DNA from: the human T2T-CHM13v2.0 reference genome, Homo sapiens
Reading direction: 5' to 3' (one strand)
NCBI RefSeq assembly: GCF_009914755.1
Contig: NC_060926.1
DNA: 64,000 bases
Positions 44,732 through 58,830 of this stretch are shown one piece after another. Position 1 is the first letter of the stretch. Every line of letters begins with the position of its first letter. Both the position numbers and the translations under genes were made by a program. The notes below the pieces were generated by a model. The model was not told the DNA's origin and did no database searches. It was given only the letters and a program-made list of their open reading frames with translations.

Positions 44732-45292
44732 TGTGACAGATTATTAAATGTGGCCATAAATTCTTCCATCTTTATATGCACATTATAGGCCCATTTTCAA
44801 TGTGACATCACTGCTTTACCCTCAAGGGCTGGAGTCTCTAATCCCACTCTCCTTGAATCTGGGCTGATCTTGCATCTTGCTTTGACTAATAGAATGTGCA
44901 GGAAGTGACACTGTGCAACTTTTGAGATGAGACCTCAAAAGGCCTTCCTTATAGCTTCTATTTTGCCCTTTGGAACGTTGAGAGCACCAGACTCTGAAAA
45001 ACCTTAGGACAATGAACCACGTGGGGAGAAAGGCCCAGGCTCCCTGGCCATCCCAGCCATCCCAGGTGAGCCCTCAAATCTATTAGTGGAGCCATCTTAG
45101 ACAGCCCATCTCCCCTCAAAATCTGATGACTGCAACCCTGGGAGTGATGCCAGGTGAGTCCAGCCAGGGTTACCCAGCTGATCAGAGCCCAAATTGCAGA
45201 ATCATGAGCAAATAAATGGTTTTTGTTTTAAGCCACTAAATTTGAGAAAGTTTGAAATGCCTGATTAACTGATGCAGTAAATAACTGATATA
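44732..45292 (+). mobile_element. MaLR LTR, MLT1H-like
   Basis: ccttgaatctgggctg; tgctttgactaatagaatgtgcaggaagtgac; agcccaaattgcagaatcatgagcaaataaatgg...ttttaagccactaa. Confidence 0.88.
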
Positions 45293-47244
45293 ATGATAAT
45301 GGTTTCTTTCCTTTTTTTTTTTTTTGCTTTTTTCTCCTAGAAATACAATGTTGAATTTAGAATCAACACAAATTAAAAGTTGTAAGTTTATTATAAAATT
45401 AGAAATAGTGCAAAATATATGAATTTCTTAGTATAAATAATTTTCACCATGCCATAAAACCCATTAAAATTTAAAAATGAAAATAAGAAATATTTATGTC
45501 AACTTTACATGTAAAGTTAGCCATACTATACCTTTTTTGCATGCTTCTATCATCGTCATGACCAAAATTTAGTCAAGACTCCATGTCCAATTTAAGCCCT
45601 GATTTATACACTGCACACATATATTTTTTCCTACAGAAGAAATAGCTGCTTGTTTTTCCATCACTAATTCTACTGATTAAATGTTACTTGTAAGCAAAAC
45701 TTAGTTAGTATTAAATGAATTCATATACATGAATTCTGTCATGGTATAGCTTAATGTTTTTGCCTGTAATTTATGAATTTAATTTTCTGCTTGTTTATTA
45801 TGCCATTTACTTCATATTTATGAATGACCTGCCAGTCCCATTAGGAAAACTTGTGTAGATTTCATCAAACACATTGACTACATCTTTTATTTGGGTAGGT
45901 ATTATAAGGTTCAGATATTATTTTTCTGGGAAATTGTCATGGGAATATTGGACGCAAACAAAACTTTTAGAATACAGTGCAATGAGGTTTCCTTTAGAGC
46001 ATAGATTTTCTTCCTCCAGTCTCTATGACATCAACTCACAATAACTTCCTAGAGCTCTCACAGCTTGCTGTGGAAGAACTAATACAGAGTTCATGTTGCA
46101 GAAATTGCTGAGATTGTTGTTAGTATCAATTTTATTGTGAAGCCTTTGTCCTTATAGCATTTAGAATTTTTTTAAAAAAATATAAGATAGCAGAAGCAGC
46201 AGAAAAAACACGTTTATATTTAGTTACACACACACACGCAAGCACATTGTGTCATCCCAACCCTCTCTGTGTTTTATGAGTCTATTTTGGTTTATATAGT
46301 TTCCTTTTCCCATTTTTTTCGAGAAAAGACACTAGTGTGTGCAATGGTAAAAAGCAACAAAAAAAAGCATCTCCCTTTTTGCCTTGTAGTAAATGGTTCT
46401 ATCTATGGAATAGTCAAACATTTACTTCTTACCACAATGTGTGTCAACTTTCATTTGCTTTGCCTTTGTATCCACAAGAAGCCAAATTCATTTAGCTCTC
46501 TGTTTTCTCACACCCTAAGAACACATAATGAGTCAGTATATATAAGAATACAAGCTAACAGCCGACATACCTACAAGTTCTACTGCTTATACCAAACAAC
46601 GCATTTCCCAGGAAACAGCCTTATATCTCTAATTGCTGCCAAGAAATGAAAGCCAGCCATGCTATTGAATAGGAATACTAGTGGCATTGGCAATCCCATG
46701 CCTCCTTCCTCCCATCGCTCCTGCACTGAACTAGCTGTTGAAAGACCATGGAATGTAGACAACTAAAGCACTGCCACAACCTACCATGAGAAAAGAGGCA
46801 AGGACAATGATGACGCCACTACTGACCTTCACACCTCTGAGTGTTACCCACAAAATGATATTAGAAGAAAAGTTAGGGAAAAGATTAAGAAACAGCACAA
46901 ATCTTTCTTTGGTTATTTTTCTGAAAAAAAAATTCAATTTTTATGTTATCTTCATGTAATAAGTTCTGTTTGATACAGATTCTAGTAGCTTCACTATTAA
47001 ACATAATGTAAAGCAGATGTAAATGTTTATTAATTTTTTACTATTAACTGATTAATATATTACTATGTTACTATTACTATGGTCTTTTCCTTATACCCCC
47101 TCAAAAACAAAACTTGGGTGTTTGTCAAGTGGAGATGTGTGTAATCAATTTATGAACCTCTTGTTGAAATCAAATTTGTCCCTCTTAATTCAGTCTTTAC
47201 TTGTTATATTCTAGATTCATTTTAAAGTATTTTGTATAGTTTAA

Positions 47245-47514
47245 AATTTTATTTTTAATGACACATAATTGTACATATTTATGGGGTACATAGTGATGTT
47301 TTGATAAATATAATGTATACTAATCAGATCAGAGTAATTATCTGTCATCTCAACATCTACCACTTCTTCATGTTGGGAACGTGTGATATCCTCCTTCTAG
47401 CTATTTGAAACTATATAATACATCATTGTTAACTACACTCATCCTGCAGTGGTATAGAACATTAGAAGGTGTTCCTCCTATCTAGCTGTAATTTTGTGTC
47501 CTTTAACAAAATCC
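47245..47514 (-). mobile_element. L1MA-type 3'UTR fragment
   Basis: acataattgtacatatttatggggtacatagtgatgttttg...ctccttctagctatttgaaa...cctcctatctagctgtaattttgt. Confidence 0.85.
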
Positions 47515-49344
47515 AATAATGGTATTGTCATTAACCCACCTACCCTCTTTCCTCTCCCTCCAATGGTGGGTGCGATCCTAGGACTGGGTTACTATCCTCA
47601 AGGAGCACAGCCTGGCTAACCAGGAGCCCTGACACCCTGCCTAATCCCAACCACATTTTCATGAGTAGATAATCTGGGTAGTTAAGGTGGCTCCCAAAAT
47701 GTGGTCTAAATTCTTCATTTTTGACTCTGTGCTAAATATTTCATGCCCACCTTTACCTCACAAGGCTGATGTAGAAGAAATGCAACTAGAATTCCAAATG
47801 CAGAGTGGCAATGTGGCCATGGCACTCTGGGGCTTTGTAGACCGAACGACTCCCAGTGCAGGCCATAAACCGTGTGAATCGGGAGAGCGCTGAGAAAGGT
47901 CTAGAAAGCTGTCCTCACTATTTACTGAACAAAACCCCACTTCTGTAGAAGGCAGTCTCTTCAATGTTTAACAAGAGGCAGAGAAATGAACATTCTTCTT
48001 TGTAGCTTAGATGCATTGCCATGATCCTAGGAATGAGAGGTGTGTTTGTGTTTGTGTGTGTGTGTGTCTCATTATCAGGATTAGTGAATTATAGTCATAA
48101 AAGTAGAACAAATAAAAGAGTTCCCAAACCAGATGTTTTAAAGAAACAGAAATTGAATAATTTTTTAACACTGAGGTTTTCAAGTGCATTTTGTAGAGCA
48201 CAAACTCTCACATGGATAAATATCTCAAGCATAATCATAGGATGCACAGAAGGGGTTGAAAGGGTAGCTCCTCCACTCCCCCAGCAGAGCAGCTTCATCA
48301 TGCATTTCATGTACCAGGGATTGGAATCCCACATAGGATTCTATCTGAGGAAGGAGTCTACTGGTAAAATGAGTTTCAAAATAAAACCATGAATTTAACA
48401 TAAGAAGACACCAAATTTTCAGATTTTATACTTGGGTGGCTTCTAATACAAAAAGTGACAAGTAATGATGATTTTGAAAGTACTATGTCTGCTACTAACT
48501 GTATTATTTAGGTGTGGAATATCCATGGGTACGTATGTTCCCTTAAACAGTTATGTTCTTGTTAAAGTCAGTATATTAAGGTAAGAACCGACATATTGAG
48601 GAATGAACTTATGAAAATAAAATCCACAAAAAAGAAAACCATGCATGGTATATGGAAAATTAGATTATTTTAATTCAATTCAGAAAGTGTTTGTTAAGGG
48701 ACAAAATGCTAGTTGAGCTCTAAGTGAGTAACTCTGGGTGCAAGTCGGGGGCAGAAGAGGGAAAGGATATATACAATTTTAGAATACAGAAGCTGGAAAA
48801 TAATTGGTTTTTAGAGCCTTTTATGTAGAAATACACCTGAAAATAGTTTTGTCCCACCTAAATCAGAGTTTTAGAAAGTTCCCAACCACAGCAGGGCAGG
48901 AAAGAAGACACCTTGAACTAGGCATTTATCCGAGTGCATCTGAGTGGGAGGAGAGCCGCACCTCCTGAAGCTTGAGCAAGTGAAATCACTGCAAACAGGA
49001 AAGAGCTAGAGCAAGTATTTTAAAAACTGCAATTGGAGACAAAAACAGAAAGGGTCATTGAGATTCACATTTTAGCTCTAACAAAGGAATGAGATTAAAG
49101 TGATGGGCATCTTGATGGATCATACCTAACTTGACCTGGACTGGAAGGTGACACAGAGCATATCACAGGGGACCTAGACCCAGAATAATAGCAAAGGGAA
49201 ATAAATGAAAAGCCATATTCTCTAGTCTTCCTCATGCTCAAGACAAATACTTTAGAGTTATTGTTTATTATTTTCCCAAATTATCAGCACAAAGTCCCTG
49301 GTCCAATCTATCAGCAGGAAGTCTTCTAAATTAGAGCTCTGAAA

Positions 49345-50035
49345 TATGTAACAAGCCCAGCCACTGATCTCCATTTCTCCTCCATTACCCTAGTGAGTAC
49401 CATCTGTAGCCTCGGTGACTGTAATAGTCTCCACTTCTCCTCTTCCTTTCTTTTAACCTATTTCCACGCACATCTGTTAGAGTAATTTTTAAATATGTAA
49501 ATTAGAGCATGTCATTAATGTCCTCCAAGGGCTTCCCAATATACTAAGAATAAAATTCAAACTCTTGTCCATATAAGCACCATGGCCTGGCCCTTGCCTA
49601 CCATTTGACATCATCTCCTACCACTCAGTGTTTCAGCTATAATAAATTTTCTGTTCCTGGGATATACTCACCCCCAATGCCCTTGGGGATTTGCTGGTTC
49701 TTCCTTTCTGACTGCATTTCCCGAGCTCTTCGTTGGCTGTCTCCCTCTCCACCTGTAAGGCTCAGCTAAACCCTCTTCCCAGAGAAATCTTCCTTGAGCA
49801 ACCACTTCACCTTTCTCAACAAGATTATCTTACTTATACATCACCCAATTTATTATCTATACCACATTTCTTTTATTTTTATGCATTTCTTTTATTTTTC
49901 TTTATTTTTTGTGTCTTATCACAATAGAATGTGATTTCAACAGTGCACAGACTCTCCTTCACATTTTTCTCCTCAGCGCTTATAACTGTGCCCAGCATAT
50001 TACAAGCATATAAAAGAGCTCAATGATTATTTATT
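49345..50035 (+). mobile_element. L2 3' region
   Basis: ggcttccca...agaataaaattcaaactc; ctggcccttgcctacc; gctcagctaaa; tagaatgtga; taactgtgcccagcata...gctcaatga. Confidence 0.75.
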
Positions 50036-51689
50036 TTTATAAAAAAAAACAAGCTAGAGTCACTTCTAACTATTCCTATTCCAGAATTCCAGCTTTTATC
50101 CCCTAGAATTAAACAGCGACATATTTTGTGGAGGACACAAACACACACTCACAAAAAAACAGACCCCATGCAAGGGATAAGATAAATAGCAAGTACCTTC
50201 ATAGTGGTGCAATTAATTTGCATGCAGTGGCTCGTAAGTAGCTAAATGGGTAACTTTAACTCTCAGTGAGTCATGGGGTGACATAGGTCCTAAGTTTCAT
50301 CATGTTACTATGTCAAAAATGGGTAGCTGTACATATTTGACTGCCACAAAAAGTCTATAGAATATTTGTTATTAAAATTAAAATAATAATTGAAATATGT
50401 TCTTATTTTAGAAGTAGCAAATAATTTTTTTCTGTGTTTTTAAAATTTAATCCTCATTATTGACGTATTTTTCTACTCAAGAGTCAATACACCGGTTCTT
50501 CCTGTTAGCACTTCCTTTTCTTCCTCTCGGAGATTACATTCCTAGCTCTGGTGCTTTCAGGCAGCTTGTTATATATGTCCAGTTAGTAACTTTCTGAGAA
50601 AAATTTTTAGACTTTAAATGTTGAAGTAATCACGAAAGTCTCATGCAGAATGGATGGAAATTCAATCCTCTTTTATTTTCCCTTCTACTAAATTGACCGG
50701 AAAAGCGAGAAGGGGAGGCAGTCTTATCTTTTTCAATTTAACAAAAATATAGGCAAAGAAAGTTAAGAATAGTGTACTAGGTTGGTGGGGTGATTCAAGT
50801 CTCCCACAGCTTAAAGGTTACTTAATTCAGAGTTGTGCTGAGTTTCCTGATCTATTCCTAGTCTCCTGATAGATAAAGGTTTCACCCACAATCTGCAACC
50901 AGCATCAGAGTTATATTAAGGCAAGGAGGCTGATATGGTTGTAAGTATTTAATATATCGCCAAGGAAAGGGGTGGAGGCCACCAGAGTCAGAGAGATATC
51001 CTTAAGTACTGAAGGGTCCAGCCTAGTAAATATAGTTCCCAGACGTGTATGGGGGAGGATGGAAAAGCAAGGGGCACACTTATTTTATGAGGGCTTCCAC
51101 ATGACTCTTTTAACCACAAAACCTGAAGCACTTTGAGAAAATGGACTCTTGGCTATAGGCTATGGGCAGGCATAGAAATTTAGCAGCATGAACAGGTGTC
51201 AGGACTTAGGTGATCTGGCTCAAAGAAGCCAAAATGCAAGCTGAAAAAATTGGCTGCAGCTAATGCTTACTATCTCTCCCTCCAGGGACCCTCAGAGCCT
51301 TTGTTTACTTACCAGAGAATTTAGCACTACTTTATTCATATATCTGGGTTAGCATAATGATGTTAAAATAAATATATAGTTTTTATTTATGACTCCTATT
51401 TATTAACTATACTGGCGAAGATTGGCCTTATCAACTTAGTTTCTGTTGAGCTGGCCACGTTTACAAATAGAAATGTGTATTTGTTCTTGTTATCAAAATA
51501 TTGATGTAGTTTTGACATCCACTAATCTACATCAGAAGTGTATCACAGCACTTTGTAAATGAATGAGTATCTGCAGCCTATTTCTATTTTCTAGGTTCAG
51601 ATAGATACATTCTATTTTTATTTAAATCATTTAGTTTACTCATAATCAATCATCTAAGTTATATTTTAAAGGAACTATATCATTTATAT

Positions 51690-51880
51690 CTCTGCCAAGG
51701 GCCAAAAAATAAAAATGTTTTAGGACTTATGAGCCACACAAGGTCTCTATCACTTCATAATCATATTTTTGGCAACTCTTTCAAAATATTAATAACATTC
51801 TTAGTTCGAGGGTATATAAAAAACAAGGGGCAGGCCTGTGGGCTGAATATGGCCCATGGGCCTTAATTTTCTGATCTCTG
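51690..51880. mobile_element. MER58-like hAT-Charlie MITE
   Basis: aagggccaaaaaataaaaatgttttaggacttatgagccacac...aacattcttag...ggcccatgggcc...tgatctctg. Confidence 0.7.
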
Positions 51881-52431
51881 GCATAAGTAGTGGAAGTTAT
51901 GTTTAAGAATTTGCTTTGCTTCAATCAAATAGTTCCACTTTTCCTCCTCTGTATAGTGGGGATAATAATATAGGCAGACAGAAGTGACAGGTGTTCTGTA
52001 TTATTGAAAAGTGATGGCTCTCTTGAAGAGTAGGGATATTAAACACTTCCAAATGCTCACAATAAGCAGAGTCAATCTTAGTCTAGTCCTTGTCAAATCT
52101 TAGCAAAAATGTGACCCAATTTAACATTTGTAGGTAGCAACATTTTTCTTTCCTTCCAGAAAAGACACTGTATGTCATTCTGAAATGCCACCTTCAATAT
52201 TGTTCTTTGGTTATTGAAGCTGGAATAGTGTAGGCAGCAATAAGAATCGCCACTTCTCATATGTGATAATATGTTTTATTCATGTTTTTTTTCCTGCTTT
52301 CAGGTCAAATCTTCAGTCTTGATAATTAATCACAAAAATAATACAGCCATGAACCTATTTGACATTTTGTATTTTGCAAAACTCATTTCTAAATGAAAAT
52401 GAAGATGATTTCCTTACCATTTTGGTTTCTA

Positions 52432-52535
52432 CAGCTTGAGTATCCCTAATCCATACTGCTGAAAAAATTTTGAAACTTTTTGAGGACTGACATGGGACTC
52501 AAAGGAAATACTCATTGAAGCATTTTTGGACTCAT
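52432..52535. mobile_element. MER46/Tigger4-like fragment
   Basis: TA followed by cagcttgagtatccctaatcc...gaaactttttgag...ctcaaaggaaatactcattgaagcattttt. Confidence 0.65.
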
Positions 52536-53208
52536 ATTTCTCACTTTCATTCAAATGTTGCATATTCTCATTCTAGTGTTATCTTTCCTGTCTTGCAGTT
52601 GACTGGCTAATCCTTTGTATAAAGGATGGCATTAGTAACATCACTTTGTGCAGGGAGTGCTATCTTCCATGACCTTTTGGGACCAGGTCTTCATTCATCT
52701 GGGAACACTTTTCTTTGGTTTCATAGCATAGTTTCAAATTAGACCTTCCAAATTAAACTTGAAATTTTGATGAAGGCCCCAAATTTCAGAATTTGGGGAA
52801 GGTGAGGGCATGTCCTTTCAAGCGTCTTTAAAAGAACATTCTAGTTTACCTCACAGACATGCTAGTTTATAACCAGTAAGTATTCCTTTGGAACCACTGG
52901 CTTCATACAATTGCTTTAACTACTTTTAGTCTTTGTCAGTCTCTTTCTCTCTCTCTCATTTCCTACTCTCCCCATCCCCAACCCAAGGAAAGTTTCTTGT
53001 GGGAAGGGGCTTTGAGTTGAGGGCAAGGAAAAGAGATTATAGCTAACCTAAATTTACATTTAGAAAAGTTTAAAACAGAGACTACTTCCAAATTAATTTT
53101 ACCAGGCCAGCATTACTGTAATAACACAGCTAGTTGAGAATACTAGAGGGAAAGAAAAATATAGGCCAATATCTCTGATGAATAAAGATATAACAGTCAT
53201 AAAAAACA

Positions 53209-53542
53209 CAGTTAGCCCTTCATATCTGTTGGTTCCACATCCATAGATTAAGTAAACTGTATATTATAAATAAATTGAGAAAAGAAGGATGGCTGTGCTG
53301 TGTCTATATTGAACATGTACAGACTTTTCTCGTCCTTATTCCCTGAACAATACAATATAACAACAATTTACATAGTATTTACATTGAAATTAATCTAGAG
53401 ATGATTTAAAGTATACTGGAGGATATATATAGGTTATATGCAGATGCTACACCATTTTATATAAGAAACTTGAGTATCTGTGGACTTTGGTATCCATGAG
53501 GGATTCCAGAACCAATCCCCCACAGATACCAAGAGACAATTA
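53209..53542. mobile_element. MER2 (Tigger-family MITE) nested in L1
   Basis: TIR-like cagttagcccttcatatctgt...cacagataccaagagacaatta; internal aatctagagatgatttaaagtata; L1 is collinear on both sides. Confidence 0.88.
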
Positions 53543-53652
53543 CACTAGCAAACCATATTCAACAATATAGTAAAAAGATCATTCACCATGATCAAGTGGG
53601 ATTTATCCCAGGGATGCAAGGATGGTTGAACATATGTAAATCAATGAATGTG

Positions 53653-54073
53653 TGTATTAGCCCATTCTCACACCCAAGACTGGCTAATTTCTAAAGGAAA
53701 GAAGTTTTATTGACTCATATAATCAATTGACTGGGTAATTTCTAAACGAGAGAGGTTTATTTGATTCATAATGAAAGAAGTTACTTGGTGGGGAGGCCTC
53801 AGGAAACTTACAATCATGGCAGAAGGCAAAGGAGAAGCAAGCACCTTTTTCACAGGGTGCCAGAATGGAGTAAGTGCAAGCAGGGGGAAATTCCAGAAAT
53901 GCTTGTAAAACCATCAGATCTTGTGAGACTCACTCACTATCACAAGAACAGCATGGGGTAAACTGCCCCCATAATACAAGTACCTCCACCTGATCCCACC
54001 ATTGACAAGTGAGGATTATGGGGATTACAGTTCAATATGAGATTTCAGGTGGGAACACAGCCAAACCATATCA
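53653..54073 (-). mobile_element. MSTA/THE1D-like solo LTR nested in L1, with an internal duplication of about 42 bp
   Basis: tgtattagccc...gccaaaccatatca; TSD atgtg/atatg; gactgg(c/g)taatttctaaa...ttga(c/t)tcata occurs twice (about 53678 and 53729). Confidence 0.92.
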
Positions 54074-57000
54074 ATATGATTCATCATATTAACAAAATGA
54101 AGGACAAAAACAATATGAACATCATAATAAATGCAGAAAAAGCATTGAACAAAATTCAACATCACTTCATGATAAAATCTCTCAACAAAATAGGTATAGG
54201 AGGAAAGTTTCTCAACACAATACAGGCCATATATGACAAGCCTACAGTTGACATCATACTCAGTGGTGAAAAGTTGAAAACTTTTCCCCTAAGATCAGGA
54301 ACAAGGCAAGGATATTCACTCACCACTTCTATTCACATTGTGCTGGAAGTCCTAGCCTGAGCAATTAGTCAAGAAAAAGAAATACAAGGCATCCAAACAG
54401 AAAAGGAAAAAGTGATATTATCTCTGTTTGCCAATGTTATGATCTTGTATATAGAAAACCCTAAATACTCCACCAAGAAATGTTAGAACAGCGAAATAAA
54501 TTGAGTAAAATCACGGGTTACAAAATCAATAAATCAATAGCATTTTTATACATTAACAGTGAACTTCTAAAAAGTAATTAAGAAAACAATCACATTTATA
54601 ATAGCATAAAAAATAAAATACTAAGTGGTAAGGTTAACTAACCAGGTTAAATATCTGTATACTGAAAACTATAAAAATAAATTGATGAAAGAAATTGAAG
54701 ATGACAAAATAAGAGGAAAGAAATTCTGTGTCCTTTGATTAGAAGAATTAATATTGTTAAAATGTCCATCTTATCCAAACGGATCTATAGATTCAATGCA
54801 ACCCCTATCAAAACTCCAATGACAGACTTCATTCAAAACTTCACAGACAGAGAATTCTATGTGGAACTACAAAAGACCCAGATAGCCACAGCAAATCTAG
54901 AGCAAAAGGACAAACTGAAGGCATTGTACTACCTGATTTCAAAACATATTACCAAGTTATAGCAATTAAAGCAGCATGGTATTGGCAAAACAACAGACAA
55001 ATCAACTAATGGAATAAGACAGAGAGCCCAGAAATAAACTTATGTAGCTATGGTCAATTGATTTTTTTGACAAAGGTGCCAAGAACACACAAGGCAGAAA
55101 GGACAGTCTCTTTAGTAAATGTTGTTGGAAAAACTGGCTCTCTACATGCACAATAATGAAATTGGACCACTATGTCACCTCTTACACAAGAATCACCCAA
55201 AATGAATTAAAGCCTTAAGTGTAAGGCCAGAAGCTATAAACTTCTAGAAGAAAACATAGGGGAAAATCTAAATGACTTTGATCTGATCAATAATCTCTTA
55301 CATAAGACCCCAAAAACACAGACAACAAAAGCAAAAATAGACAAATGAGATTACATCCAGCTACAAAGCCTATGCACAGCAAAGGAAACAATCAATAGAG
55401 TGAAGAGATGATCTATGGAATGGGAGAAAATATTTGCAAACTGTCCATCTGGTAAGGGGTTAGTATCCAAAATATACAAGGAACTCAAACAACTCAACAG
55501 CAAGAAAACAAATAACCCAATTATAACCAGGCAGAGAACCTGAATAAACATTACTCAAAAGAACACATACAAGTGGCCAACAGGAATATCAAAACATGCT
55601 TAACACTACTATCAGGGAAATACAAAATAAAATCTCAAAGATATATCACTTCACACTTTTTGAAATGGTTATTTAAAAAGATGTAAAATAAGCGTTTGTG
55701 AGGATGTGGACAAAAGTCCGAGCCTTGTACACTGTTGGTCAGAATGTAAATTAGTACATCCATTTTAGAAAACAGTGTGGAAATTCATAAGGAAATAATA
55801 GAATTACCACGTCATCCAGCAGTCCCACTTTTGGGTGATACATCCAAATGAATTGAAATCGATATACCGTAGAGATATCTCTCCTCCCATGTTCACGGCA
55901 GCATTATTTACAACAGCTAAGATAAGGAAACAACCTAAATGCTCGATGATCAATTGATTAAAAACGTGGTATATACACACAATGAAATACTGTTCAGCCC
56001 TAAACAGAAACAAAATTCTGTCATTTGTGACAACATGGATGAACTTAAAGAACATTATGCTAAAGGAAATAAGCCAGGCAAGAAAGACAAATATCACATG
56101 ATCTCACTTATATGTGGAATCTAAAAATTCAAACTTATAGAAGTAGAGAGTAGAATGGTGCTTATCAGAGGCTGGGGAGGTATGAAGGTGTAAATGGCAG
56201 CGTTGGTGGAGAATGTTGGCCAAAGGGTGCAAAGTTTCAGTTAGGAGGAATAAATTCTGGTGATCTATTGCACAGCAAGGTGACTATAATTAATAACAAT
56301 GTACTGTGTATTTCAAAGTTGCTAAAAGAATGGATTTTAAATGTTCTCACTGCAAAGAAATGAAAAGTATGTAAGGTGATGAATAAGTTCATTGACCTGA
56401 TTTTCTCATTCCACAATGTATACATGCACTGGAACATTTCATTGTATCCCATAAGTATATGCAATTATTGTCAACTAAAAATAAGAATGAAATTTAAAAC
56501 AACATTTTGAAAACTTAATTTTTTTCTACAAATTGAAACATGGAGTATTTTTGAATATGTACTGAATCAAGTATGTAAATTATGAAATCTAAATTTGAGT
56601 TCTGTTTGTACACTATTTCCCAGAGAATCTTTCTACCCCTAAATCCCAGTATTCCTGGCCAATCTCTTGTCATTTTGCTTCCCCTTTACCTGCATTTATA
56701 CTCTTGTTTATTTCCGTTTTTTCCCCACCTTAGAGATAGCTGATAACAGAGATAGAAAAATTTCTCTCATTTTAAAGGAGAAGCTGCCGAAGCCAACACT
56801 TTACACACAAGTTAAGGTGTTCAAACTCTAGGTGGGTTCTGAAGAGACTTTGAATAATTGATTTTCAATGCCTATGAAGTTAATGTGGATGTTACCATCT
56901 AGTTTTTCTTTTGTAAGTAAGCTAGACTATAGTAACGGAGTGAAATCTTGCAAAAAAGAGACCTTTTCAGGAAAGTAAGAACACAAGTGAGAAAAACCCC

Positions 57001-57564
57001 TTCAATTATACAGAGACTAATTTGATGGAAAAGTGATACAAATGATAAATATCTACATTCACAAAAAGTCACTAAAAATTATTTTAGTGTTATATGTGGC
57101 CAAAAAAAATCCCTTCTAGGTATTTAAGAAAAGCAGTATTTTAAAATCATAGCAGCATCTATAAACTAGCATGTGGGATATGTATTTTATGTGCACTTAA
57201 ACTAATTTAAAAGACCCAATACTGAGTAATTTGGTCAATTAAAAATGTTACTGCACACTGCTGAGTACTGTGTAACCATCACTCCTGTATTTATAACTAT
57301 AAAAGCCATTGTTACATTGAATATGCCAAATGAAATTGTTTACTGAGATTAGGTCAAAAGTTCTTTCTAGCATTAAAGTTTCATACATAGTATAAAAGGT
57401 TTCACCCAAGTTTTTATTGCTTTACAGAAGGAAGATTTTATGGAATATAAGCATTATAAAGGAATGTCACACATTCTTTGTGGTGTTCTATATGAACTAA
57501 TAATATTAAAGATTCTAGATTTTATGAGTTTTGAGGGAGAGTTTGAGAAAATATTATAATTTCA

Positions 57565-57900
<336 letters not shown>

Positions 57901-58589
57901 TCATGTAATCAAACAATTCTCAGAAATTAGCCTTTCTTCAGAGTGGGAATTTAAACTCCACATAAGTATTTCCCCCTACAAGATGACATTATTCTGGGTC
58001 TTCTGCACTGTTGGATCCAGGCAAAGCTGTAAGTTAACAGTGTAACCTTTCCTCTATGAAATAATGTTGTGAAATCAAATTAGAATTTATAGCATTCAAG
58101 AGCATTTGTTTTTATTTGTGACCTAAATTCTCTATGATACTATTTAATATATATTATTTTCATTCCTTTTGACAGTGAAAAGCTTTGTATTCCAAAATTT
58201 CCAAATTGTTTTATTAATGCTTCCTAACTTTTTATATTTCCTACTCTTGTAATTATTTATTATTTCTATCTACATGTGGTCTCTTTTTTTTTTACGGTTT
58301 TCATTATTTCTAATTTATGTATCTCATAACTTACTTTGGAAATATTACTTAATGATTAATCTACTTTTTCATTGGTTTATTAACAAAATTATATACTATG
58401 TTTCACAAAAATTACATTGTACATTTTATACAGTCCAAATTACTCTACTTTTCTTAATTGTACAATACACAATTATGCTAACTTTCTAATCAGTGAAGCC
58501 ATGTCAACCAAAGTACAGATTACAATTCACTAGGTAACAACCAGCACTGGGCTCAATTCATCCATTTCAAACTTGAATTTGTGCAGTTG

Positions 58590-58830
58590 GAGGTCTATTT
58601 AGTATTTTGCTGCATAGTTGATTGTAGGGAACTCAATTTCATTTGTTTGTAATCATTTTTCAAGCAGTTAAGGTCATTTTTAATTCTAGTCCTGTCTTTC
58701 AAGGTGCTCACCCATCCTGATGATGTGATGTACTTGGCAAACTTAATGACCACTCTCTCTAGCTTGTAATCAATCACATACAGAGATGTTAAATGCACCC
58801 AGGACTAATCTCTGCAGAACACCACCTGTT
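58590..58830 (-). mobile_element. L3/CR1 LINE reverse-transcriptase remnant
   Basis: ORF 58595-58798 peptide VIKFAKYITSSGWVSTLKDRTRIKNDLNCL aligns by eye to the CR1 RT motif IKFADDTKLGGVANTLEDRxxIQNDLDRL. Confidence 0.75.

Larger units (their letters stand above)
53078..56488 (+). mobile_element. Old L1 (L1MA7/8-like): 3' half of ORF2 plus 3'UTR, interrupted by two nested insertions
   Basis: Decayed ORF2 peptides ([36 protein letters not shown]); L1MA 3'UTR; TSD-like aagtttaaaaca / aaatttaaaaca. Confidence 0.9.

Noticed and set aside
47687-47893. Protein-like 68-aa ORF (ADVEEMQLEFQMQSGNV...)
   Set aside because: Weak acceptor, no homology I can name, and a length expected by chance.
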